Below, piece after piece: positions 41,017-53,400 of a stretch of 64,000 bases of DNA. Both the position numbers and the translations under genes were made by a program. Each line of letters opens with the position of its first letter. Positions within the stretch are counted from its first letter, which is position 1. The DNA comes from Ministeria vibrans ATCC 50519 (lineage: Eukaryota; Protista; Filasterea). Under the pieces are notes generated by a model. The model was given only the letters and a program-made list of their open reading frames with translations, searched no databases and was not told where the DNA came from. Location of the stretch: assembly GCA_943704425.1 (NCBI GenBank), contig CALSCP010000486.1:25474-89473 (forward strand), given 5' to 3'.

Positions 41017-41932
41017 TCACTCGCAAGTGTCCAAGTCCCGGGCGATCAGAGACCATGGGTCGGGCGCAGAGCGCACCGCACAGATGGGGGGCTGCATGCG
41101 GGCAACTTCAGGATAGAAGGGCACCAGTTGCGCAGACCGAGGGTAGTAGGACGCAGTGTACTGCACGCGTTGTCTCTTGCGTCGCTGTGGCTTCCCGTCA
41201 TCTCCTTCCTCTTCTTTCGCATCGTCGTAATCATCGTCCGTTTTCATGGTGAGCGCATCCCGGTAGTTGTTCCTCTCAATTCGGGCACGATGCTGTTCAA
41301 ACACGGTGATGGCTTCGGAAGGCGAAAACCGCATTTCGTCAATCAGGTAGCGACAGACAAGGTAGCCCGTTCGATTGACGCCGTGAGTGCAATGGATGGC
41401 AATGGTGTGCGTGGCATTTGACAGCCGGAATTTTCGTATGGTGTCGCAAAAGAGTTCGCAGACGGCGCGAGAAGGGACAATCTTGCCGACGACGGGAACG
41501 GCCACGACAGGCACGCCCAGGGACGCAAACTCGCCGACGTCGTAGTACCGAGTGGTGTTGGCAAGCGAGATGACCAATCCAAGTGGATGGGGCGAGAGGG
41601 CGTCGATTCGTGCTTTGGCGTCGCGCGGCGTAAAACGCTCCGCTGGCGACGTAAGATATTGTGTCTAAAGACAGGAAAAGCAGCGAATGGAGTTGATGGC
41701 ATGCGTCATGGATGTGGGGGCATATGTGGGATACTGGATGAAGCGGAGTGCGCATGGCCACAAGGCGTCCGGGCAAGAGGGTGCCGAGGGGCGGCACGTC
41801 AAGCCAGCCCTTGGGCGGGAGGCGGAGGTGCGCGGGCGGAGGGCGAAGCGGGCGCGCAGCCGGGCCATACACCGCCCCTCCTGCTCGATCAAGTAACGGC
41901 GGTCGGTGGAGAGGGCGCCCAGGGGCGCTCAT
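41017..41932 (-). CDS. Stand-alone RNA 5'-triphosphatase, DUSP11/PIR-1-like
   Basis: PKGWLDVPPLG, LVAMRTPL, LGLVISLANTTRYYD, active site IHCTHGVNRTGYLVCRYLI, IERNNY; no guanylyltransferase domain follows. Confidence 0.85.
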
Positions 41933-42130
41933 CTCACCAAAAATTAATGATTATCAGATCGAGTCCGCGACTGAAAAATAAAACGAACACTGCATTCCCA
42001 GAACCACTCTCTAAGCTACAAGAGCGTCGGAGACAGGTTGGTCGATAGCCAGACAAGTGGCACAATATCCCTGGGAGGGTCATCCGCCTCTATCTTCTCT
42101 TATTATATAAAATTTAAACTAAAACTTTTA

Positions 42131-44932
42131 TTACGACTTTGGGAGACTACACATCGAACAGGAGTTACTGGCAGAACTATTCAAAAAGGTACAATGTACA
42201 CAAGGCCACGAGGCGCCACCACTATCACCACCACCACCGCTTTTAGCAGCTGTGCGCGGGACCTGCGATGACTCTTGGGCGAGACGCAGAAGCGTCAGTG
42301 TCTCGTGCATCGCGGGTGAATCACTCAGTGCCAGAGCGCGTGACTCATCCTTGAGTACAATTGCATCGCAAAGCGCTGGAACACACCCCTAACCACGCAC
42401 ACACACACACACACACACACGCACACACAAATAATAATAATTGTTAATATTAATCAAGTCTCTCTCTTTCGTCCATTTTCTTACTTGCAAAGGGAGAGTT
42501 TCGTTAAGAGCACAAAAGAGAATCAAATGAAAGTTTGCAATGCGCTCAAAAAATGTCGACTGGTCGTTCAGAAAGTAACCGGCAATGGCAGAAATCGCTT
42601 GTGATTCTTCTAAAAGAACCCACAAAGAGCACACGCACACATACACACAAATTTAATATGACTGGTTCAAGCATTGTATTTCCTACCGATTTCTTCGCGA
42701 TTTTCAATGGGAAACTGAGACGAAGAAAAGAACGAGTTGGGAATCTGAGGAGCGCCCGTTTCCAACTAGCACACGCAGAAAAAGACCACAAAGAGAGTAG
42801 AACAATATCAATAACAATACTATAATAATAATAATAATAATAATTAATAATATTTTAATATTGTTATCGTTGTTATTGTTATTATTGCTATTATTGTTAT
42901 TATTGTTATTATTATTATTATTATTGCTGTTGTTGTTGTTAGTATTGATATTATATTATTAATTCGTTTCTTTCTTGTGATTGGGTTTTGAGGGAAATGA
43001 GTTGTTACGTTGACAAGGACAAATTCGAGACGGAAGTAGGGGGACGCTTTTTCGATTATGTCTGTTCCATATTCGTTCTTTGACGAAAAGAAAACCTACC
43101 GAGAAAGAACAAAGGATGGGATTAAAAGAAGACTGTATCACGTTTTTCTTTAGGGTTAGGGCACTCAGTAGTAGGGTTAGCATTGTTAATTTTATTTTGT
43201 ACCTCTGGAATATACTGCTCATCACTGGCCGTCTTGACACGCATGCGAGTGGGCTTCTTTGCACTGGCGCGCAGACACCCATCACGCTGCAAAGCCGCGC
43301 ACTGGTTCGACACTTGGTACGAGTTGAGGCCGACGCCGTTGTTTTCGTCGCCCGACACGCAGACAGTGACAAACTTGGAGCCGTATTGACCTGTGCGTGA
43401 CGCGGCACATGGATTGGCGTACTTGTTTTGCAGCTCAGCGGCCATTAGAACCTTTGAAAAAAAAGGAAAAAAAAAAAGCAAAAACCAGAAGTTGAAGGGT
43501 GAGAGATTTAAAATTAAAAACTTGATAGTACCTCGGCGGAAGAGAGAAAGTACGTGTCCACGTGACGCTTGTAGACGACCTTGCCGTCCTCGTTGGCATC
43601 TTCAAGATCGGTAAAGATCCAGCCGACGCGCTGAAGGTGCAGTAAGTCAAGCAGTTCGTCGACAAGCGTCTCGTTGGGGTCGTCGAGCAGATCGACAGAG
43701 GTGAGCGAACTGGCCTGTGGAGGCTCGTAGATGGCACTGACGACCGCCTTGATGCCCAGTGGCACGCCCAGGTGCGGTTCATAGCGACCAATGAGGTAGC
43801 CAATGCGCTGGGCGCCACGCGACGAGCGCCAGTACTGAATGAACGAGTCGACAATGGCAGGAGAGTCAAACTCAACAAAGTCAACGTGTCGAAACGACTG
43901 ACGCGCCAACGTAATGGCACTCGGTTGGCACTTGGTACAGATGCCCTTGGGCCAGGGTGCGTGTGCTGAACAGTTCTGCTTAAGACGACACGACATCTCT
44001 TCCAGTCGAACCATGCGCGACTGAGTGCCACTCGCCAGTTTGCGCAAATGCGCGTGAAACGACAAATGCTTGATCTTGTGTTCGTCACGGTACGTTTCAT
44101 CGTATGGCTCCAGTGGCATGCACGACCCACACATACCCTTTGGTCCATGTTTGCACCTAGAAAAACACACACAAGAACACAGAGCAAGAAATCATACAAT
44201 TGTGTGAGTAATCGAAGAAGAATAGTCTTCGATGTCGATCGTACAGGTGACGATCTCGCTCGCGATGAATGAGTCCATCGAGTTTCATGAGCGCTCCATC
44301 CACAGGGTCCTCTACAACCGGCTCCTGTTCGTCATCTTCAACACCGCTTGCACCCAGTGGCGGCGGGCCATCGGTGCTCATAGATGATCGACCAATACCC
44401 AGATCGGCTGTGGTGCTCTCTGAGTGCGTCGAGCGCACTGGTCGAGCACCAGCGGCGCTCGCCATCTTGTTGCGACCGTCGGCGAAGCACACGTAGAGCA
44501 TGTCACCATGGTGCAGACCGGTGATGACCGCGTCTTCGGCGGAAATCACTTTGGTCGCTGTGGGATCGTGTGACAGCTGCCAAGGATCGCCATTGGCACT
44601 TTTCATCGTTGCTGCAACCTAAAAGAGAACAAACACACACACACACAAAAACAAAGTTATAAGAGATCCGTGATCCTACAGAGGGTGCGTGCACGGGTGC
44701 CGTCGTGCGGGTTGCTTATGGCAATGTCTTACCTTGGTGTACAGTGAAGTTCCAGACTCTGCGTCACCAATTTCAATGCGCGCCGTTCCTTCGCGAGAGC
44801 GCACTCGAATGATCTAGAGCACAGTTCAGCCGCGTTAGTTGCAGCGCAATGCACGGTGTGGCGGGCAAGCAGAGGCGCGCGCAGCAGAGGGGAGCCAGCA
44901 CTCACACATTGTTCGCGATTCGTACGAGACAT
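42131..44932 (-). CDS. NPL4: Nuclear protein localization protein 4 (p97 cofactor) with C-terminal NZF finger
   Basis: IIRVRSREGTARI, CKHGPKGMCGSCMPLEPYD, IKHLSFHAHLRK, HAPWPKGICTKCQPSAITL, AIYEPPQ, VGWIFTDL, SKFVTVCVSG, WPCVHCTFLNSSASNSCSMCSLPKS-stop. Confidence 0.95.
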
Positions 44933-45373
44933 TCCTTCATGTCAAAATCCTCGTCCTCCCAGACCAGCTACAGCAGCACGCGCCCATGCATCATAACACA
45001 CGCCCCACCCACTGGCACTATAGCATTCCAATGAAAGCAGTCACAGGTCCATAAACGCGAGTGTGCAAACCGGCAAGTTCTCGTTTGTTTTTGAGGAGGT
45101 ATTTCAATCAAAGCGCCTACCATGTTGGCTATCCAATGACACAACGGCTACTGAGTAGTGACGGGTACGGCCAAAACGATCTTGTCGATATTAAACTAAT
45201 AATAATTATTGTGAATTGTGAATTATTTTGTTATTTGTGATGTGTTGTTGTATTGTGTTTCTTTTGTGATGAAAGTGATAACTAACTGAAACTCAAATAT
45301 TTTACTTTTTTGATCCGTCTTAACTTATTATTTTCTATCTCTATCTCGCTCTGTACCTTCTCTTGCATCAGTC

Positions 45374-48300
45374 ATGTCCAAGGTACGCCCCAGACAAGCG
45401 TGAACTCCAAAAGGCTCATTTTCCTCCATCGGCTTCTCTCGCGCTCCTCACCTCTCGTGCGGGTCCTCCCCTTTCCCCATTGACCATTTCTACAGAAGAG
45501 GTAAGCCGTGGTGGTGCGAGAGTAGCGTCAGGTCGCGTCGAACTTAAGGCATTTCAGTTTTCGCCAACTGCAACGCCACAGCGCGAATGCCGCTCCCTAC
45601 TCGCACTCATCGGTCGATGTCGGCTGCCCCAAAGACCCTCGGGGGTGGGTAGAGCCGTTGTCGCGCGCCCTTCTTGCTTGCGATTGCTGTCGTTTGTGTC
45701 CAAGTGCAAAATGGAATCAAAAACGAAAGGGAAAAAAAGAGAAAAAAAAAGCAAGTTTTTGTGTGTTGTCTCGCGAGTGAGTGGGCAAGCGCATGGGGCA
45801 GGACGCATGGTGCACCGCTGGGCGACTGGCTGACGGGGTTTTTGTCTTCTCGGTGTGTTGTGTGCAGTGATAAGGAGAAAGAGCAGCAGGATGCGGTGGA
45901 CGGCAGTCCGGCGACGCTGGAGCCGCACAGGCGCAGAGACGCCGCCCGAGACACCGGGGCATCGGGCCGTCCCACAGTGTACGGTGCCCAGTATGCTCCA
46001 TGGCAAATTTTGCAGTCCAAGTCAGTCAGATCGCGTTGGGTTGTGTCTTTTGCTCATCTGTGACTTGTTTGGTGTTTCGATTCAGAGGTCGACTGACCGA
46101 CCATGAAAAAGTCACAGGCAAAAGTGCAGAGGACAAGCGGCCCGTGAGCATGAGCAGTCCACCACCGGATCTACGAAGTTTGTCACTGCAGGACTACGAA
46201 TCGGGTCTGGACGAAGCGTGGAGCACCGACGAGGTAGATCAGCAGTGAGTTGATCCACCCACCCCTACTCAAATTTGGCCCTCTCTAGCTGAGTGTTTCT
46301 GGGTCACAAAAAGTGATATCTAAGCAACCTGTGCGTGTCCAAACACCAAACGAGATGCGAGTGGAAGCGATTGAACCGGCGCCAGCGCAAGTGCAAGAGC
46401 AGCGTAATGAACCAGCCCCAATCACAACAGAAGTAGTAGCGGCCGCCAAAGCACCAGAAGACGCAGCAGCCGAATCAGCCGCAGAAGCAGAATCAGCATC
46501 AGAAGCAGAATCACCAGCAGAAGCAGTAGTAGTGGAAGCAGCGCCCACAGCGGAGGATATGAAGAAGGCGCGTGAGCAAGAACGACATGCGACACGCGTC
46601 AATCGCTTCCGCTCGCTCTTAGACGAACATCACATCAGAATAGGTATGAATACGAGGCTGCCATGTTCATGTCTTTCATTACCATTTTGCATGTTCTAGA
46701 CGCATTGCGGTCTCTTGCATGGAGTGGGATTCCTTCCGAAGTGCGTCCAATGACATGGCAACTCCTTTGCGTACACACATCAACACACACACACACACAC
46801 ACACATACTCACACACTCACACACACACCGTGATTTGTTATTTTCTTTAGGGATATCTTCCGGCTAATAAAGACCGACGATCGGCCACACTGGAGCGCAA
46901 ACGGGACGAATATCGTCACTTTATCACTCAGTACTACTCGGAGCAGCACAGAGAAGCAAACCAGTCTGTCTATCATCAAGTCAGTCGAAAACGAATCATC
47001 TCAATCTTTTTAATTGTGATGAAGAGAGGGGAGGAAGAAAGAAACAAAGCGATTGAGGAAAAGAAGAAGAGGGAGAAAAAAAAAGAGAGAAGAAGGGAGA
47101 GAAAAAAAAGAGAGAAGAAGAAAGAAGAAAAAGAGAGAAAAGTGAGAGAACGCGTGAGAAAAGGAGTGAGGAACGAGTGAGAACTCACCGTAAAAATTTG
47201 TTGTCTTCAGATTCACATTGATGTGCCTCGCACAAACCCGGATGTGCCTCTCTTCCAGCTGCCCCGCATCCAAGAGGTATACTTACAAGAAGGAGTAAAG
47301 GAAGGACTCGCATTGAACTGTTACTCGTTTTACAGATATTTGAAAGGGCACTGTACATTTGGGCGATTCGCCACCCTGCTAGTGGCTACGTTCAGGGCAT
47401 CAACGACCTCATTACGCCGTTTTTCACGGTCTTCCTTGCGCCGCTCATTGGTATCCACACACACCATTTTACACACCTATCTTCAAGCCAAATGGATGGT
47501 GTATTTTTGTCTCTCTGCATGTGTCATTTTGTCTCTCTGCGCGTGTCTCACTACCTTTTTTTTTTGCAGAGGGCAATGTTGAGACGTGCTCCGTCGCACA
47601 CCTCTCTGACGCAGACCTGTTCCCTATTGAAGCTGATGCCTTCTGGTGCATGTCCAAGCTTCTCGATGCCATCCAGGACTACTACACTTTTGCCCAACAG
47701 GGCATCCAGCGCAAGATTATCCGTCTTCATCAGCTCGTCAAGATCATCGATCGTACACACACACTCTTTCTTTCATCTATTTACTCATACTCATTCTGTG
47801 TTTGCTACTTTTTCTGTTGGTCCCTCTGTAATTATGTATAGCGATTCTTGATGCCCATTTGAAGATGTACGACGTGGAGTATCTCCAGTTTGCCTTTCGC
47901 TGGTTCAATTGTGTTCTCATGCGCGAAATGACTTTAAAGTACACACACACACTAACGCAAACGCACACACCCTCCAACACACACACTCTCTATCACTTTG
48001 TTTCTCTCTATCACCATGTTTCTCTCTCTTTCTATCACCTTGTTTCTCTCTCTTTCTATCACCTTGTTTCTATCTCTTTCTATATCTTTTTATCACTAAT
48101 TTTTCTCTCTCCATCTTTATCATCTTGTTTCTCTATCCTTTTATCACTTTGTTTCTTCTCCATTCCCTTTCTTTCTCTCACTTGCTCACACGCAAAACAC
48201 ATTTTAGAGCGATTGTGCGTCTTTTTGATGCGTATCTGAGCGAAACGGAGAGTTTCAGTCAGTTTCATTTGTACGTGTGTGGTGCGCTCTTGACCATGTT

Positions 48301-48527
48301 CTCAAAGGATATCCAGAAACAAACGGACTTTCAGGTGCGTACCAAATTCACATCGTATACTCTCTCTTGCTAAACTGTTTTTTCCCCTTTTTTCTTTTGC
48401 GTAGGAAATTCTAATGTTTCTACAGAGTCTGCCGACTGGGAAGTGGGGCGATGACGACGTTGGGTTGCTGTTGGCGGAGGCGTTTCGGTATAAATCACTG
48501 TATTCCGCTCAGGTAGAGCGATTGTAA
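45374..48527 (+). CDS. TBC1D22: TBC-domain Rab GAP, TBC1D22/Gyp1-like
   Basis: LRSLAWSGIPSEVRPMTWQLL, IHIDVPRTNP, IWAIRHPASGYVQGINDLITPF, IEADAFWCMSKLLDAIQDYYTFAQQGIQ, YLQFAFRWFNCVLMRE, FHLYVCGALL. Confidence 0.92.
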
Positions 48528-48555
48528 CAACTCTTATTTTTTTCTCTCTCATTGA

Positions 48556-48582
<27 letters not shown>

Positions 48583-48587
<5 letters not shown>

Positions 48588-50250
48588 GTGGGGGTGGCGG
48601 CATCATGGGTACTCCTGGTGGGGGTGCGCCGTGCTGGTGGATGGGTGCGCCTGGACCAGGGGGAGGGGGCATGAACGGCGGGAGGTGTTGCGGGGGCTGC
48701 TGGAACTGCGGTTGTTGATGGTGGGGCGGGGGCGGGAAGAACTGCTGCTGCTGTTGGTGATGCATTTGCTGCTGTTGTTGCATGAGGTGGAAAAGCTGTG
48801 GTGGGGGCTGTGGAGGCAGTGGCATTGCCATGTGCTACGAAGAGAGAGGGAATTTATTTCATTTGGTGAGTAGTCTCATTTTACAACTATACATTCGAGT
48901 CTTACTGGGTTCCACATGGTTGGGGCTCCTGGTGGGGGAGCAGGGGGCATTGCGCCAGGCTGGGGCTCAGGCACCGCCGAGGGAATATCGGCAAAGCGCT
49001 GATGGGGCTGGTTCAGGGCTGAGCGAGACTTCTCCGACGTGGCGCTCTGCATAGCAATCATGCGCTCCGAGGCAGTACCGTGGCGCTCACCGGGAGCCCC
49101 CTCGCGTTTGTACGCATAGCACACGGAGATGGCTCGGTTGGCCAGGTACTGTCCGTTGAGTGCCTCAATCGCCGCATCCGACGCCGTAAAGGTCGCAAAG
49201 TTGACAAACCCAAATCCTTTCGACAGTCCAGAGTCCGGATCGCGCATCACCTTTCAAAAACAAAAGGAGATCAATTGTTGGCGGAAAACACCTTCACCAC
49301 ACACCCCCCACCTCCCGTCCCTCAAAAGCAAACAAACAAAAAAAATACTTTACCTTTGGTGTTTGCACAATGGGCCCAAATGCACTGAAGGTGTCGTAGA
49401 GCATCTTTTCGTCGACTTCCGGGTCGAGATTGCCAATAAACAGGTTGGCTCCCACTGAATCCTCGCGCTTGTCCGATGCGCTCTTGTTTAACCGCAGTGG
49501 TTTTCCGTACTGCGTCAACGGCAAACATGTTAATATTCGTGTGAGTTGAGTGTGGATCGTGCAACGTACCAACTTGACCATATTTAACACACGCAGCGCA
49601 TAGTCGGCATCCTCTTCTGTCTTGAACTCCACAAAGCCAAAGCCCTGTTGCATTTGCGTCACCTTGTCCTTGGGAATATGTACATTGGCTACAGCAGACA
49701 CAGAGAGTGAGAGAAAGAGACTTGGGAGCACAGATTGGAAAAAGGGGACAAACACAGAAACGCTCTTAAACGCATCTGCCGTCTATGGTGCGCGAATCGC
49801 AGAAGCGGCAGTACTCTCACGACTATCGTATTCACGAACGCAGCGGCAAAGGGTTGTTTGTAGTTGCGGAAAACGCCAATGCGACGAAAGAGGATCATTT
49901 TTCGCGTTAAACGCGACGCACACACAAAGAATCGCTCCAACCACGCCCAGTACGAGAGCAACAGAACACAGGGGTGCCGTAAGGAGAGCGAGAAACTCGA
50001 TGTTAAGCTCTTCGTTCGCAACCAAACGAAAATCTCAAAAGCATGAACGAAAAGCAGAAAAAGCAGCCATGGCAGCAAGACTCACAGGCAGCAGCACGCC
50101 ACACCCACAGCTACACGCACACTGAAACTTACACACGGCGCCAACCTGCACAAACAGCTCGTGCATCAATGATTCCGTGACTTTTTCATCGAGACCCCCC
50201 ACCCACAGGGTCGCGTCTTGGTTTCGTTCTCCCGGCACTACTGCCGCCAT
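48583..50250 (-). CDS. SF3B4: Splicing factor 3B subunit 4 (two RRMs, Pro/Gln-rich tail)
   Basis: [80 protein letters not shown]. Confidence 0.96.
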
Positions 50251-50455
50251 TCTCTATATATGTCCAATTGATACAAATAAGAAACGAATGAAAATTGTAA
50301 AATTAAAAATTCAAATTATCAGTCCTCGCGAGTGACTTGAATTGAATTGCCTTCCTTCTCTATTCTCTAATTGACTAATTCTTTCCATACAAATTTGAGT
50401 GCTCAGGTGCAGTGGTGTACCGTACGCAACCAATTGCCAAGCAACAGTACTTGGC

Positions 50456-53400
50456 ATGGCCATTGACTGGGACCAAGTGGCAGGCCTGGGAGGCAACGAT
50501 GGGGCCGTTGCGGACTTTGTGAAAAAGACGCGCTTTGAACACGGCGACATCGAAAATGCTCCCACTGTACACCTTGTGCGTCTTCTCGACGCCTGTCGAA
50601 CACAACTCAACGTGAGAAGATGGTTTTTTTTTTTTCAAACTCACATCAATTGGTGTCAAAGAACAAACGGTTTTTGAAACAAAAAGAAACGGTTTTTAGG
50701 CGCACTCTTCTGACGAAGTGAAGCGACTGCAAGCAGACAACGATGACTTGCGTGCACAGGTGCCGTGGTGTAGTCTGGCAGAACGCATTCTCTCTCTCTC
50801 ACACACTCTATTTTTCGCTTTCTATTGCAGGTTGCGACGCAACGCGAACTTGTGAAGGGACGTGTTGGCGATGATAGCACCTTTCGCGACCAGCTGCGTC
50901 AAAAAAACCGCGACCTGAGCGACAAGCAAGATGCACTCAAGACACTGGAGCTGCGCAACATGGAACTAGAGGATGCGGTGCAGCGATTGACCGTCGAGCT
51001 GGGTGTTGCTGCAGGCGAAATGGATGGTGCTTCGCGCGACCACGCTCGCTCACGGCGTGCGTTGGAGGACGCCTTGAGGATTGCAGGCGAGGCGGAACGT
51101 GAACGAGACGCGTATCAGGCCGAAGTGGGGCGTCTCAACGAACAGATGGAGGACAAGGACGCGGCGGTGGAGCGTGTCTTGGCGCAGCTGTCCGACAAGG
51201 TCGACAAATGGAACAATGTGCTCGCGGCCAAGGACGAAGAGATCCAGCAAGGACGTCGTCTTGCCGCACAACTTGAAGAAGACATTGCGGCGCTCGATGG
51301 GAATGCCGACGAGGTTCACGCGTTGCGCGAGGGTCGCGACGCACAAGTCGTGCTGCTGCAGCAGCAGCTCAAGGCGGCCGTTGACGACTTGGACATGGCC
51401 GCGGACGACAAGGAGGAGCTGTATGGGCGTATGCGCGAGGCTGAAGCTGTGGCTGAGCGCGAGAAGAAAGCGGCTGAGGCGGCACGAGCGGGCGTCGAGG
51501 ACGACATGACGCAACTTGAGCGACAGCTTGTCGACAAGGAAGAGGAGTTGCTGTCGGCGCGAGCTCGTCTGCTCGACTACGAAAAGTCCACGTTTGGTCT
51601 GTACGAGGCGATGCAAGAGATCAAAGAGAAGCGCACCCAAATTGAATTGCGCGATGCGACGGTCCAGGAGCTGACGCGTGCCGTGAACGAGATGCAAGAG
51701 CGCCTCGACAAAGTTCTCGACGAGAACCAAGAGCTGCGTCGCAAAGTGGGCGTTACTGCTCAGACCGAGGTGGACATCCACACGGTGCGTACCCAGCGCG
51801 CTGTCGAACTTGAGCAAGTGCATGCACTGAATCGTGAGCTGCAACGTGAAGTGGACCAGCTCGAAGAGGAGCGCGTGCAGTTGCGCGAGCAGTTGCGTGC
51901 ACAGGCATTGCACCGAGGTGAGCGTGCCGTCGAGCTTGGGCTCACCACTGAGGATCTTGTGGCGTCGGAACAGCTGGTGACAGCTCAGCAGGAGCGCCGA
52001 CGTAACGAGGGCACACTCAGAGCGACACGGGAACTGCTCGGAGGTGGCGACTCTGTCATTCAACCTCAGTTGGAGCGACTCACCCAAGAAATTGCGCGTC
52101 TCACAGCACAAGTCGCAACCGAGTCGAGTGAACAGCATCGCATGCGCGACCTTATGCACGAACTAGAGCAGGAAAACCGTCGGCTGCGGCGTGAGGGCGG
52201 CGGTGATGAAGCAACCAGTGGTGAACCACGAGTGGATCCGTCTGTTCCTCAGATGCGTCGTGAACTTGCTGCGTTGCGTCGTGAAAACGAGCAGCTGCGT
52301 CAGACCGAGAGGGCGATTGTCCCCACGTCGCCACCAATATTGTCTGCTGCTGCTGCTGCTGCTGCTACACCAACTGCAATTAACGATGCAACGGCAGCGT
52401 CTTTGGCGTCACGTTTGGCGACGGCATTGAATGCTCTTGACGAGCGCAATGCGGTCATTGAGGCGTCACAAGGGGCACTTGAACAGGCGCACAGTGAACT
52501 TGCGATGGTTCGTGAGCAGCATTCACTCGTGTACGCAGAACTGCGGCGCAATGCAACGGGTGCTCGTGAGACGCTGGAGCAGGAGCGGCGTCGTTGCGAA
52601 GACCTCGATGCACGTTTGGCGGGCGAACGTGCACGTGTGAGCGAGTTGAGCAAATTACAAGAGGTGTTGAGTGAGAACGATGACGAGGTGAAGCGTCGCG
52701 TGGCTGCGTTGTCGCGTGAGAACGCGGTGCTAATTGTGAATGAGACCCAGCTGCGCGTGCGCTACTCGCTGATGGCCGAGCGTGAGAAGAAGTGTACGCA
52801 GGAGTGCCAACGACTGCGTGCCAACGCTGTCGACATGGAACGCACGGTGCGTCCGGCTGTGGTGTCTTTGCGTGCCGAGAAGGAACGGTTGCGACAGCGT
52901 GTGCGCGAGCTCGAACGTACGCTCGACGGTATGGTACCCGCTGGCGACGTGGACGAAGCGCGTCGACTGCACCAGCAGCTCTCGGTCAAGTACGCAAAGT
53001 TGCTTGATGAGGGGGCGGCCGGAGACCATTCAAGGGATTCTGATGACACCCAGGGGCAGCGCGATGCAGTTGTATTGGCATTGCGCAGTCGCAACGAGCA
53101 ACTCGAGCAAGAGATTGACCGCTTTGTGAAGCTCGCAAGCGAGTCGCTACGCGACGGGAGTGGCAACTACGCTGATAGCAGTGATATGGTGGCACGACGA
53201 GTGGCGGCGCTTGAGTTGGCGCACCGACAGAGTGAGCGTGATTCGATCATGTGGCGAGAGCGACACGAAGCGAGCGAACGCCGATGCCAGACACTGGAAG
53301 AGGACCTTCGTAATGCGACGCGACAGCTGTTGAAGACGCAGGAGGCAGAACAGACGCTTCAGCGTGAGTTTGAAGGAGGCATTGGACGGCAGGAGTACGA

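Noticed and set aside
51050-52159. Long antisense ORFs over CEP290, the coiled-coil gene and the SOD gene
   Set aside because: Shadow frames of GC-rich, repetitive coding sequence with no independent motifs.
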